The position numbers were made by a program, and so were the translations under genes. Under the pieces are notes generated by a model. The model did no database searches, had not been told where the DNA came from, and saw only the letters and a list, made by a program, of their open reading frames with translations. A stretch of 61,919 nucleotides of DNA, filler included, from Choristocarpus tenellus KU-1152 (lineage: Eukaryota; Protista; Phaeophyceae), in assembly GCA_964200185.2 (NCBI GenBank). It is 11 parts of 11 records of this genome, joined end to end, with 100 filler letters (N's around TTAATTAATTAA, not from the genome) between each part and the next. Parts side by side here need not be neighbours in the genome. Positions count along the whole stretch, not along the records: positions 43,387 to 52,419 come from CAXNAD020004064.1; positions 52,520 to 57,931 come from CAXNAD020010868.1; positions 58,032 to 61,919 come from CAXNAD020017344.1; 8 more parts are not named here. The stretch is one strand, 5' to 3'. Below are positions 48,054-61,323 of the stretch, one piece after another; the stretch's first letter is position 1, and the number at the start of each line of letters is the position of its first letter.

Positions 48054-51000
48054 TCACAAGTCTTCTACTTCTCTGGGGCAGAAGCTGTCCACAGCATTCA
48101 TCAGGTGTACTACACTTAGCAGGAACTGGAGGTTCTCTGGTCCATCCAGGAACCTCTCCGCTTCTAATAGTCTTGCCTTCTGGTCATCATCCCAATCTGT
48201 GCTGACCCCCCTCAGTTATCTATGTGGGAAATTGGTGTAGGTGTACGTGTTTCCTGGTTGGAGGCCAGGGGTGTGAGATGTGACTTCAAGGTGAACAAAG
48301 CACACCTATGAAGAGGAATTACCCGCAGCACGATTATTGGTCCGTCTAACACAAGTGGTAGTGGCTTGTGGTCAGACAGGACATGCTGAGCAAAATGAGA
48401 CACATGGGGAACAGATATTCCTTACATCAACTCTAATGCGAGGTTGACCATGCCTTTGGGGAATGCTCAACAAAAACAGAGGTTTACCTGTAAATGGCAA
48501 GAAATCTATGACACGGATTCTCCAAAAGGTGGTGCTTTACACACATTGCTGCCTGCCTCTTCCAGAGGCCTCTCCCGTTGTGCTGCTGTATTTTTACTTT
48601 CCTCTTCTCTGATTGAATCCTTGCTCTCTTCTCCTCGAAGACCTGACAATTGCTGGGAGCACTTATCCACACACATAATGAGTGCTTCATTGGATGGATG
48701 TGCCTGTGCTAGACCTGTAGGCACTCCCGCTGAGGTTGTATCATTCTTGAGCTCTCTTGATTCGACCAGATGTAGACCGAAGAGGACACTACTTGTGTTG
48801 ACTCCATCCCCATCACAGGTTAATCCTGTTTGACTGTTCAAGCTGATGTTTCTGTGGACTTGAAATTGCATGGTCTCCTGGTCTACATTCACTTCAAAAT
48901 CATCTCTCTGTTTGTTCAGCTCCATCTGCACTGTTGCCCTCTCTTCACCAGGCCTCCCTCTCTCTGTTGTCTTTGGTGAGGTCACCCTTAGCAGCTCATC
49001 AGCTTGACTTTCTGAGCCCGACTGTTGGAGGATTTTGCTTCTATTCACTTTTTCCTCTTCTCCTGTCACATATCCCTTGACCCCAATCAATCCTAAATTT
49101 GAACCTGTGTTAAGGTTGAAACTATTAGCCCGTTGAATCAGATTGGGTAGGGGTGACACCAGCAGTGGGGATACCCCATCTTTCTCACTTTTGCAAGACT
49201 CCATTGCCTCTTTGTCCTCATCCCCCGTAGCCCTGTGTGAACGACTGCAACCTACTTTGGGACTTTCACTATGGTCAGAACTACCCTCCTGTGGTGACTG
49301 CTCCGTGTTTCCTCCATTGCCAATGGTGCTGCCCCCTGAGGCAGTGTGACAGCTTTCATCACCATAGCTGTACACATCTGAACCACTCCTGTTGCTGTCA
49401 CTGTTGCTATCATCTTCCCAACTGGAGCTTGTGCTTTCACCATCACCAAGCTGGAGTGTAACCTTGGATTGGGGAAGAAAACATTGGCAGACACATCATA
49501 CTTTTGCTAATACACTATAATACTCGCTGTGTTCAGGTGTTGGTAGAACTCCTACAAATAGGTACTGAGATAGCACTGATGGTCCTATGGTGTATCAATG
49601 ATGTAAAAGGTGAGTAACGACAAGGATGTATGAATCAACAATCAGTATAGCAATATCCTGAAAGTCTGACATATATTGGGTCAGGTATGTTCTATTCTGT
49701 AGCCAGATTAGTTCTAAGAACACACCTGCATCTGCTCAAGCATTTGGCTATACTCTTTGGTTTCAGTCACACCATCACCATCCCTTCCCATGCCATCCTG
49801 CTCCTTTCCTGTCATTGATGGTTCTGAGGTGTGCTTGTTGAAGGATTTGAGATCCTCCCAGTTCTGCCATGCTGCATCATCATCCCCTTCTACACCCTCT
49901 GCTACTGGCATTTCTGTAGTTGAGACTCCACTATCTGCTCTCTTTTCAGTGAGATGAATTTCGGTCCTGGACGATTCCTGGGATGTCCTCTCATCACTGA
50001 TTGCGGAAACAGCCATATCCAAGTCCTGGGGCTTGAAGCCTTTCCCAAGTCTCTCACGAAGCAGTAACTTGTTAGTGGCGACCTGGAAGTGCACGGGGTC
50101 AGGAGCAATATATCCCAAGAAATTCGAGGATCAGCATTTGGAAACAAGTTCCAGGTGTGCGTGGGGTGTCTCAACACTACAACACCACAGCGAGTCAGGT
50201 TTTTGAGCTGAACTCAGATACTCCACCTGATCTAGTAGGACTCCATCTCCTTCCAGTACCCAGTCTTCCTTTTCGTTCTCCTCCACAATTTCTTTTGCCA
50301 CCTGTATCACCCATGAGATGATGGGCATGCAGGGGTATGGAGACGAGAAAGAGAGGGTCATGTGCGGCATAGGACAAAGGTTGATGCAGGGGCTGTGGTG
50401 GATATGATACAAGGGTTGTTGGGGGGTTGCCTGGCAATAACACACCCGATTTCAAAATGAAATAAATGCGACATTTCGAGATGATACAGTCAGGTTATCT
50501 AAGATAGTTGCCAATTATAGACTGGAGTGATGATCATATTGATGCATGTGGCATACAAAAGGAGGAGGGAATGGGATTCAACTATCAGCATACGCACCAA
50601 CAGCTGAACTTAATTGTATTTGAGATTCTTCACAATAGTGGAGACAATCAATAATAAAACCCCGAGTCCTGCCTCCTCACCATAGCAATTGTTACAGTCA
50701 CTGTCCAGCAATACATCCTCCATTTGTCCTTCTACCATGACAACATTACCATGACAACATGCATAAAACAAATTGCAAACGGAAATCGCTCTCTCTCTCT
50801 CTCTCTCTCCATTGCCTCCCCAACCCTGAAATAAGCAATAGCATCCCATTCAATCTGTTGTAAGCACCTGCTTCAGTTCTGCCACCACAGATGGGTCCAT
50901 AACCGAGAACTCATCAAGCATGTCCTCAGGCTGAATCCTCCTACTTACTTCTGTATCCATCTGCATATCCCACGAGACAACATTTTGCTCTTTCCACTCC

Positions 51001-52394
51001 TCCTTGTCGTCTTCCTCTTTCCCCTCTGCCCAAACCTCGTCCATTTCACAATCTGTGTCTGCTGGTGGCCCTGATAGGGCTGGTGCTGACGATGTCTGCA
51101 TAGAAAAGGGGGGACCTAATCCAGGGTCCATCCCTCCACTCTCCATTTCATTCTGAAAAACTCTATCTGTCTTAGTTTCTGGAGGAGGATGGAGTAACAT
51201 TGGTGGGGGCAAATAGTCCTCATAGAGCTGTAACGGTTTTCCTGATGAAGTCCACACTGATATTTTGCCCTCGCCATTTACAGAGCTTTCCCGGCTTGCT
51301 GCTCGACGGGCTCGCTGTTCCCGCCGGCCCTGGGCAATGAGTGCCCGCAGTTCGCCACGCTGATTGGCGGGGCTGACCCTTGCAATTGAGGATATTATAA
51401 ATGTGTTTTGTTGATGACGAGTGCATTGTGGCAAAGAGGGGGGTAGGAGGTTCGTAAGAGAAAGAAGGGCATGCAGATAGAGGAGCGACCATTATATGTG
51501 AATAATATATGAATTTTATGTGAATTACATGTGAATAAGATGTGTTCGTGACAACAACAAAAAGAAAAGATTGGTGATGCCCACTAATAGTACCGTGGAT
51601 GGAGTATTGCTTTTAGAGCTCTAGTAGTCTAGTTACCGGGGAGAATTCCTTCAATGTAAAGAAAGGACAGCTCAGGGTGGTGCACAGTATTACACGCGAG
51701 TTATAGGATGAATCTGTGACTGTTTTGGAACAAGGGGCAGGTGGCATTGGTGATTCAAAATACACTCCAGCCTTCAAGGCAAAATAGCACACTCAACACA
51801 CCATTTCAACAATTTACACAGGTAACAGCTCACCACCTCATAGATGCCTGAGGGGAGACTGATTCCCTAACATATTTCTCACCTGCCAGGAGGGTCCGGT
51901 GACATCCTCCCGTTGCCACTACCACTCCCTCCCCCTTCCCCACCAAGACCATTACCCGTGCTGCCACCGCTCGCCCCTACGTTACTGCTCCTTGTTGGCT
52001 CCCGCCTGAACTTAATTGGGGCACCGTTGGAGCCACTCTGGTGTGAGCCTGCCTTGGGGAGAGAGGATGATCCGGAAGGTGATAACTTTGCCACCTGCGA
52101 TCCCTCTCCATCCCCGGGGATAAGGGTTGGGGTAGGTGCACTAGAGAAGACATCCTTAAGGCCCAACCACAGGTCTGGATCCACTTGCTGCTGGACGGAG
52201 GCAGCTCTGACCATCCGGTTTTCATTGTCACCTTTCTGCTGTGCCTCAGCCCCATGAGACACTGATGACCCCATAGGCAACGGTAGTGGTAACTCCTCAT
52301 CTGCATGTCCACATTCAGTCTGTGGTGACTTACGCCGCCGAGCAATGAGGGCACGCAACTCAGCCCTGTCCCGATCACGGGCCTCACGTATCGC
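48054..52394 (-). CDS. 3' exons of a large low-complexity protein, possibly a NIMA-related kinase (NEK) tail; exons 52394-51883, 51378-50868, 50301-50227, 50082-49726, 49462-48506 (stop), plus a disrupted terminal exon near 48219-48054
   Basis: Five phase-compatible GT-AG exons; a repeated R-x-ELRALIA-x-x-R helix and EYSQMLEQMQ. The out-of-frame FLAIYR...DWDDD..RLLEAERFL..PENLQFL..V.HLM resembles NEK1-type C-termini. No kinase domain lies in the window. Confidence 0.55.
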
Positions 52395-52687
52395 CTATTA
52401 AGTTGATACCAGCGGTGACNNNNNNNNNNNNNNNNNNNNNNNNNNNNNNNNNNNNNNNNNNNNTTAATTAATTAANNNNNNNNNNNNNNNNNNNNNNNNN
52501 NNNNNNNNNNNNNNNNNNNTCTTGACAAGCATTGACAATTAGTGTGCGCCCCGTGTTAGGGGTATACCCTTTTTTGGACCCCTTGTTCCCTCACCTGCCT
52601 GCTGGGTGAGTGTGTTTTCTAATTGGTCCATTTTATTGCATCTGTTTTTTTTTTTACATTGTTGATGCTTGTGAATCTTGAGGACAG

Positions 52688-55600
52688 GTGTCACTGGGCA
52701 TTGGGAGGAGTGAGCACAGTGCCAAGGAAGAGCAGGCCGCAGCTGGGATGTTAACTCGAAAGCAGATAAGGTATGGTGATACCATATTACCTGGTAATGG
52801 CAGGAGTGCCCAGCGAAGGGACTGGAAAGGCAGGGGGAGTGTGCGTACTTCATAGTGCATATTCCGTCATTGACCTAGTACAAAGTGCTATTACTGTGTG
52901 TTATTTTGGGGGGGGTGGGAGGAAGGTTTTGAGTCAAGTGAGTGGGGCTCCTTAATAGAAGGTTAGGGTTAGGGTAAAAGTCTATGTGTCTGTTGCCCTA
53001 TGTGCTTGGACTTTGCCTTTTGCCGATCTTGGCCAGTGGTACGCCCTCCCAAGGTGGAGAGATCGGTCTTGACAAAAAAGGTCAAACTGAGGTTAACCCT
53101 TCGGTCGGTGCCTATCCCTATCCCTATTTAGACAAAGCCCTATGTGTGGGGTGGGTTGTTCTGAGATGGAAAGTGTCTTTTTTCAATTGTTGTGAGAGAT
53201 TTGTTCTGAGATGAGGAACCGTATGGTGTGTTTTTGAATAAAGTTTAATTGATGAGTGACCAATGCATATATCCTGGGGATGCTTTTGAGGAAGATACCG
53301 TTTCTGATATGTGCACTGGTGACTGTCCTTGAGGCTGAACAGGAACCTCTTGTTGGGGTATGGTTTGGGGGAGTGACAATGACTAGGTAGGTGTGGGTGT
53401 TATGAAATAGCCTGTGAAGGGTAAGTGTGAACAATGCATATGGAGGGAAAATTACTGTGGGGGAGACAAATTACTCTTTTTCTAATGCAGGATCTGTGCC
53501 AAGCGCTTGTTGTTTTTGCTAAGATTTACGCTCTTCTTGCTTCTTGAGGTGCAGTACACAAGGTCACGTTTGTCAAAGGTTATTTGAAAGGTTATACAAG
53601 CTCTTTACTCATGGTACTGACTTGTGACAAGAGAGTTATGTTGTGGTTTACTTTGCAGTTATTGACTAGACAACATGGTGTGACTTTCATGCATTGCTGT
53701 CAGAGCTAAAGAGGTGCTACAGTTAAAAAGAAACATATATTTTTTGTACTCTCATTTTACAGGAAAAAATATAGAGAGAGAGACTCTTGGTCGCCGCCCC
53801 TCCTGTATGATTTGCCTTTTACCAGGGTGTATTGAAAGCACACTGTCCTATTATGCAGATCCCCCTTGACATGGGGGTACAAATGCTCTAGCTCTGACCC
53901 TCTGTTTGACCCACTGACTATGCTGTGATTTCCCTTTGTGCCTCTTGGATTAAGATTTTTTTTTTCTAAATTACATGTGTGCTTGTTTGGAGGCGTTTAT
54001 ACTTGTGGCAGTTCGTACATGCAGTGTTTCACTTCTTGCTTCACCTGTTCAGAAACTTATGTCATTTTTTTTGTTTGTTTTGTTTTCTCTCTGTTGACTT
54101 CACTATGATGATGACTATGATGTCTTGAATGATGTTGTGATGTTGTCTATGACTATGATGCAGTGTCGAAAGGACATTCGCTGAGCTTAGCTGTCCTGAG
54201 GACCTGCTGGCCAAGTGCAAGGAGCTGTGTCACCAACTGGCAGACAGTGAGCAGAGTTGCTGTAGCATACAACAGTTATGGTTGTTGGGGGAGGCTATAA
54301 TGTGGACGTTGCTTCTTGAAGGCAAATATTGAGGACAATGCTCTTTACCTGAGCTTCGTTGTCTTGAATTTTTTGTGACACCTCATCGGAACTCACAGTT
54401 TTTTTACCTTTTCACCTCTTTTCATACTTGGAGTTGTCATTATTAATGTCAATATTATCACTGTATACGCAATCTAGGAAAGTACTTGTGAAAGGTTGAG
54501 TGGTCATTTGGTGCTCTGTCCAAGAGAAGACACATTATCCCCATGGTGAAGCGGCTTAAGTTTGCAGTTTTCTCACTCCATCCTCTCACACCCCACCCCA
54601 ACCCAAACCAACCCACCCCCTATACAAATAGCTATGGCTGCCAAGGGTCTTGCTGCCAAGAATATCGGCCTGAAGGTCAAGACATCCGCCTTCCAGGTTC
54701 GTTCGCGAGACCGGAAAAGCTCAAGGTACCTGCAATCACCTCATGACCTCTACCGTGTAGCCTCGGAACTCCTCCTTCGAGAACTACAAGCAACGCCAAC
54801 CTCTACTGCCCATACTCCTGTTACATCCAGCACTGCAGCTCCATGTAAGCTCAAGCTCCGACTAATGGGGATTAAGGCTTCGGACTTCCTTGGTCAGGCT
54901 GGGGTGCCACCGCCAAAGGGGCAGGGGACGCTGCTCGGCTTCCTCTCTTGTCGTGGGGCTGAGGCCGAGGTCAGAAATGTTTCAGGGACAGAAGATGAGG
55001 CAGGGACTGTTGCTTCAGTGGGGAGTATGTGTGGAGATGTGCTTGACACAGAGTTTGTGGTGGGTGCAGGTGTTGAAACTGAGTTTATGGGTGGTATGAG
55101 GGAGGCTGATGGAGCAGTGGGGTGTGTGCGTGAGAGCTTGATGGGCGATGCTTCTTCTGTAGGCACATTGCAGGCTGTGAGTCCTGCTGGGGAGAGTGAA
55201 GCATATGGCAGTGCCTCAGGGTCAGTGGAAGTAACAAAGGGGACGCGATATATTGTGAAGAGAGATGTGGATGGGGAATGTGTTGTGGGATGTGCAGGAC
55301 CTGAAGGCAGTGGTGCCTTAGTGGATGAGTTAGCCGCAGCCACAGTGATGGGAGCAGATGCACCAACTGAGGTGGAAAAAAATGGAACAGAAAATGCAGA
55401 GGCGCTCGAGGTGACATGTGATGGCTCCCAAATTAAGGTTGAACAGGCGTCATGCCCTGTGTGTGGCCGCTGTCTTGGGGTCAACGTTTCAAACCTGGCA
55501 CTCAATCGCCACTTGGATGAATGTTTGAGCTCTTCATTGATCAAGGACCAACAAGAGGCATGGAGGTGGGGTGAGACAAGGTTTTTACGCGGTGGAGGTG

Positions 55601-55824
55601 GGGTGCTGACGTTTCCTTTACCCCCTGATCATTCCGATGGCGGAAGGGTGGGGAGGGTGAGACATAGGGGTAGATTGGATAGTGAGTGTAGGGGGAGTTC
55701 TGAGCTGTTCCTGAACCCGACAGTTGCAGTGAAAGGACAGTGGCGACACCGGTCACATCCCAAGCGTAAGCGGACCAGGGAAGCAAACAGGATAGAGAGG
55801 TTTCTTGCTCCAGAAGAGACATAG
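52688..55824 (+). CDS. POLK: DNA polymerase kappa (Y-family, DinB) 3' exons 52688-52770, 54164-54246, 54632-55824
   Basis: SLGIG...RKQIS-VERTF...LLAKCKELCHQLAD-TM...LAAKNIGLKVKTSAFQVRSR...LRLMGIKASDF (little-finger/PAD domain); UBZ4 CPVCG...LNRHLDECL; C-terminal basic NLS-like KRKR and PIP-like IERFL. Confidence 0.93.
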
Positions 55825-56741
55825 ATGCAAATTGTGCGTGCTTTGGGGTGTGATTCACCTTGGAGACCCTTGCTAAGGAGGGAAAGGAATTCGAGCGTAT
55901 AAATGCTATTGGATGGGAGGTGCAGTTTGTTTTTTTACCTTGCTCTTCAAAACTGCTGATGCTGCCGTTCTATATTTTGGTTGTTTTGACTGCTGTGAAT
56001 TGACTCTCTGTCCTCAAGATGAACAGTCAGACCTGTAACCTTCTTTATTGGGGTACGTTTCAGGCAGGAATATATCATTGTGGTGTGTGATCTAGTGCTT
56101 AGTTTGGAGTATGCAATATGCAATCCTTGATTTTGTTGTCTGTGATTGTGTAATTGGGCATGTAGTAAGGTATTAACAATTGTGTACTATGTAAGTAAGT
56201 GTCGCTTGGAAGAGGAGGTCGATTGATGGCCTGTACAGGGCTCCCAAGGTTGTCTTGGTGTGGCTTCATAGGAGATGGTGGTGCTGTCCCTATTGCCAGT
56301 GCTGCTGAATCGTGCACATTCATGTGCTCTCAACATCATAGGGCGCAGTGCCTAGTTGTTCAAATATAATGTGTAGAATAGACTATTACATGGAGCATTC
56401 TGCCCAACGTATGATGAATGTCTTTGGCTGGTCTCCTGTTGTTGGACTGCAGAAACCAACCGAGGTCATCTCACCTACTCCACATGGCCCACCCCCCTCT
56501 CCACTCTGGTCTCTACTATTCCCCCTGCACCAACTCTACAACACTGTGTCCCTTCCCCTAACACCGTCTCTTCTCCAGTCCTTGTTGAGGCACAGTTCGT
56601 GTTGGGGTCCATTATCACTTTTCTGCTACTAATATTTCGAAGTATACTTCCAGGATGCCCGTTGGCACCTGTCCCTTTACTGCAGCTTGTTCCCATCAGC
56701 AGTCCTACAGTTTCTAGTGTGTCACTCTCCTTGCCCCCTCC

Positions 56742-57240
56742 TCAATATCCAACAAACACAGAAGCATCAGGATCAGGGTCACAATCGTTGCCCTTGCCCT
56801 CTCCATATTCTCCTTGGTTTCTGTTCGCTGTGCTGTCAGTAGGCATTATGCTGTTTTGGGCAAGTGAATCAATGTGTAGTCGTAAATGTAATCGGTGAAC
56901 CTCAGTCATTGCCCCCGGATGGCCTAGGGTTATTGCCCTTTGGTACATGGCAAGGGCTGCTGGTTGGTTTCCCTGGGGGTGTAGCATGGGGGTTGAAGAG
57001 TCATTTGGTATTGTTTCTTGGTATGGTGTAGCAGGCCCACCAACCAGTGGTGGTGTTGACTGATGATGTGGTGGTGATGGTGGTGAGGATTTGATCGGGG
57101 ACGGGGGGGGAAGATACGATTTGAATGGCGTAGTTTTGTACAGGGCATGGAAGGGGTGTGGGGAAGACCCCACTGCAAAGGTTGCGAGAGGGTCCCCTCT
57201 TTCCAGCAAGAGAGCGCAGTTGAAGGCTCCATCTGCGGAC
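56742..57240 (-). CDS. Last exon of a Sel1-like repeat protein, convergent with POLK
   Basis: CAG|GSADGAFNCALLLERG ... NQPAALAMYQRAITLGHPGA forms one Sel1 repeat split by a Pro-rich insertion; stop TGA. Confidence 0.65.
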
Positions 57241-57886
57241 CTGGTCCATGACAGCGTGTGTGAAAAAGAACAATGAAGTTTTTTGGGAGAATTTTATGGA
57301 AATAAATATTATAAGACACAGGAGTGCGTTGCTTCTAGGTTAGAGGAGAGAGGGACTTTTATCTCAAGCTAATTGTGCATAGTGGCGAGTGAAGGCTGGG
57401 TAGATGGACATAAAATATTTTTCCTTTGACATGTGGCATACCCTGTTGCTCCTTAACAATACCTCATACTCCGGAGTACTTCTATTGTTGTCTCTTGTGT
57501 GTATGTTTGGGGGTGGGGGTGGTGGGGAGGGTGTCAAAAAGGAGTAATGAAGATGGTGACTGCACTTGGGTGTTCAAACCTCTCTTTCTTACCCAAAAAA
57601 AATTAAGGATTGGAATCTTACTGCATGCTCTTGAGGAATAATGTCTTCGATTGGACAGGGCTTGATACCAAGAATCAGCAGAAACAGGATACTTCTGAGG
57701 TATTTTGAAAACGATGCCCTAATTGGTGTTCTTCTAAACTCAATTCTTGAGGAGATACCAAGCTGTATTTTTTGTGTGTTGTCCCTCCCGTTTGGACAGC
57801 TGATGGTCCACTGTCATGTGAACGGATACCCTTTATTGGCAATCAGTACTTTGAAGCATGCTTCCCTCGCCTCAGGCATGATGACG

Positions 57887-57917
<31 letters not shown>

Positions 57918-58031
57918 ACACCTCACCCCCCNNNNNNNNNNNNNNNNNNNNNNNNNNNNNNNNNNNNNNNNNNNNTTAATTAATTAANNNNNNNNNNNNN
58001 NNNNNNNNNNNNNNNNNNNNNNNNNNNNNNN

Positions 58032-58270
58032 GTAGAGCAGCGTCAATTTTGGGACCAGAATTAAATGTTGCGATTTTGATGTAATTTTGGCTATCATGTT
58101 TGTTAGGAGTGTCAATATCCTTGTTCTGGATACACCTTTTCATAACGTATACATTTTACCTACTCCGAAACATTTAGGAGTAGGTAAAATGTAATAAAAA
58201 AACTCGTGGGAAGCCAAGCCCCAAATGGACAAACAGGGAAAAACTCGTACCCTCTAAGATACTTTCACTC
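58032..58270. mobile_element. MITE family 1, copy C (left end cut by contig break)
   Basis: Ends TACCCTCTAAGATACTTTCACTC; body matches 2591-2835. Confidence 0.85.
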
Positions 58271-58484
58271 ATTAAAACTTAATGTAGCCGGAGCAGGTGT
58301 CATTATTGCCTTTTGTGCAACGACTCACAATACCACATATACATTAAAACTTAATGCAGCCGGAGCAGGTGTCATTATTGCCTTTTGTGCAACGACTCAC
58401 AATACCACATATACATTAAACTTAATGCAGCCGGAGCAGGTGTCATTATTGCCTTTTGTGCAACGACTCACAATACCACATATA
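58271..58484. repeat. 72-bp tandem triplication inside the Gypsy integrase remnant
   Basis: Near-identical units start at 58271, 58343 and 58415; no spacers. Confidence 0.9.
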
Positions 58485-59212
58485 TCACCACTGCAGAAGA
58501 AACACCCTTTTATTTAGTGTTTGGGAGACGTCCCCCACATTACCAATCGATACCATATTGGGAGAGTCAGAAGCCCATCACTGTCTCCACTTAAAGGAGG
58601 TAACAGTTAAGTTTTTCAACTGGTGTATCAACTTGCAAGACGGCGTTAACGGTGAAGTGGGTTTGCGCAACGAGTTCAAGGCCACTGAACATACAACTCC
58701 TACTTATAAATTGGTGCTAAGGTGTGGCTACACAAACCTCATACTTCGGCAGACTTTTCTACGCCGAAGTCATTGTCCCTGTGGAGAGGATCATATGAAA
58801 AAAAGAGAGGACAACTCCGGTAGTCTGCCGTGTGAGGGTGCAGGCTGGCCGTCAGGAAACAACTGTGCATATAGCACGTCTTGAACCCCACATGGAGGAC
58901 CACTCACCTGAACCTGACATTGACACCCTAATCAACTTGTTTTTCGGCAGAACGATTCCTCAACAACACATCAAACAAATTTTGAGCGTTCTAACAAATT
59001 TAGGCTCATGCTTTGTTGATAACATTGCTGACCGTAAACCTGGAGTGGGTCGTAAGTCCCCTCATAAGTATTTATACCTGCATCATTTTGCACCAGGTAG
59101 TGATGTCTGGTGGAAAGTAAAAGGAATTGCTCAGTGTGAAGAGATGATTCAAGCATACAGATTACGACACAATCTGGATGTGCTCCACCTGACAACAGTG
59201 TACTCACGCTAA
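58415..59212 (+). mobile_element. Degenerate Ty3/Gypsy integrase C-terminus with chromodomain-like tail
   Basis: SLLPFVQ..HNTTY...EETPFYLVFGR..TLPIDTILG, ETTVHIARL.P and ...DVWW......CEEMIQAYR; frameshifted. Confidence 0.75.
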
Positions 59213-60740
59213 AAAGTGCCATCAAAATCTCCCCGTGACCAAGGTGTACTGACGCCAAAGTCTTTACCATCTTCTCCACCACCCTTCACCACAATAGCTG
59301 AAGAGACACTACAATGTTTACACAAATACACTTGGCGCAATCAGTTCCCGTCATCGTTGTCAAGAACATCCAACATGCTTTATGATTTGAAATCTCAAGG
59401 TGATGTCCCTGTAACTACATCTACTACTCACAACGTGGACTGATAGTCGAATAAAACATCAGACTCCATTAGAGGAAGAAAGTAGAGATGAAGGCTTGAA
59501 TCCTATTTTCAAGATGAATTCGTCGACAATTTCTCCACAAGGTTGTTAACATTTTCCCTTATATTGTGCACACATGTTTTAAAACCACATCAAAATGGAT
59601 ATATTGATGGGTCCATACAAAGAAGGGGTAGTCAGGGCTTTATCCCTTATGCCAAGCACAAATGTAAAAAGACTCCCATGCCCCTCTTTATTCATCTCCA
59701 CGTTTCATGATAACTAAAAAAGAGCAATTGGAGCAAATCCTCAGGATGGTCATTCATAAGCTATAATCCTTGATGTATTTAGCAGGAAAATGTTGAGATC
59801 TCTTGACTCTCTATATGGTTTGTTTGCCCCGTTAAGTAATATGTATTTATTGTTTTGAGCTCACTCGATGAGAGGATAGTGTGTTCCTCGTGGGCGCTTA
59901 TTTCTGCATTGCTGCTGCACAAATGCCCAAAAGATTGTAACTGGAAGACAGCTGAACTTATCACTCCAGATGTCTGCATAATGATATTACTATCAACAAT
60001 ACAAGAAGAAAGGAAAGAAGCAATTCCTTTTGCCTAAAAAAATATATAGTGTATAGATTCTTATTCCTTGTCAAAGAGTTTAGTTTTAGATTTTCACTGA
60101 CACATCTGCAAGATTTCAGAGAGAATAATAATTAATATATCGTCACAGTCATCCTAAAAACATACTGTTTCTTGAGATTTTGTAGCTAATATGACAATAT
60201 GTAGGCACTATATACTTGTCCCCGAACGACGACAGAGCAACGCCCTTGCTGTATGTACTTCCCATGTGCCCTCAAGAGTACCTACGTATAGATATTTATT
60301 GAATATCGCCCTCTGTGAGCCCACTTTGATGGAGCTGTGATGGTGCAGCAAGCACCACATCTACACCACCCCTCCATAGCATACATACCAGTGTCATATG
60401 TGTACTGTACTGTAACTTAGGTAAAATTACACTCATTATGATGCATTCACTCATATGTATAGTACACATTTCCCAAGAAAAGCATCTGCAAGCCTTTGGA
60501 TGGTGGGACAGACTACTCACAGTTCAAATCAAATCAACGTTCAAAGCAGTCTCCCTCCAAGGCCATGCCCTACATATTCAATTGCACTCTACAAGGATGT
60601 TATACAGTACAGTATCAAAAACACCACCGTGGATCAAATGTACCTGCACCACCATGCACCTCCTATCACACACACTGAGTAAAACAATTTATTCGCTAAC
60701 TAAAAAAATCGCGACTGCCAAAAAAACTCCAATGCCCGCT

Positions 60741-61158
60741 TGTTTGATTGCCCTTACCCCGATTGCGTTGAGCCAAGCCAGCTTTGCTTTTCCGGAGATG
60801 GACTGAAACATCTTTCATGCTGCACTCTTCGACTTTTGTTTCTAAGCTTGCAAACTCGTCAGCTACTTAAGAGTACGACGGTGGAGGTATCTGTTAAAGT
60901 ATCTCCCAAATCATCAAAAAGGATAAAGGTGATAAACTTGGTGAGATTGCTTGGTGTCTGTAGAGTGATTGATTAAAGTTAAATGGGGCATACAGCACCC
61001 CATAAAATCAGAAATGTTTCGTTTTATATGAGAATTTTTCTCATACAACTAATCACTAGTAAAAGGTTCTGATAACTCAACCACTAATTGATTGTTCCTT
61101 TACTCCATACAAATTCTACGATAACTGTCCGATAGAGTTGGAAGAGTCTAATCGAATA
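60741..61158 (-). mobile_element. 3' LTR of a Copia element, with PPT at 61159-61168
   Basis: Inverted ends TGTTTGA...TCGAATA (TCGAACA in the 43387 copy); purine tract AGGGAGGG on the minus strand lies between RNase H and LTR. Confidence 0.65.
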
Positions 61159-61323
61159 CCCTCCCTAGCTTAAACGACTCTTGAGAACTTACAAGAAAAC
61201 AATTGTCGATCCAAGGAGACTCCTCAGGTCAATCCCGTATGACAAGGAAACAACCAGCTATTGAATTCACTGAAAAGAAATAAATCCAAACAAACGCACT
61301 CAAATTCAGCAAGAAGCAAACAA

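Noticed and set aside
52984-53214. ORF with a signal-peptide-like N-terminus
   Set aside because: It lies inside a POLK intron with no supporting motif.
3480-58031. Recurring palindrome TTAATTAATTAA, and gene neighbourhoods across it
   Set aside because: It is an artificial concatenation linker flanked by fixed N runs. Adjacency across linkers has no biological meaning, so no cross-contig gene cluster is claimed.
58271-58484. CRISPR-like array
   Set aside because: The 72-bp units are contiguous with no unique spacers, lie in Gypsy integrase sequence, and there are no cas genes; the context is eukaryotic.
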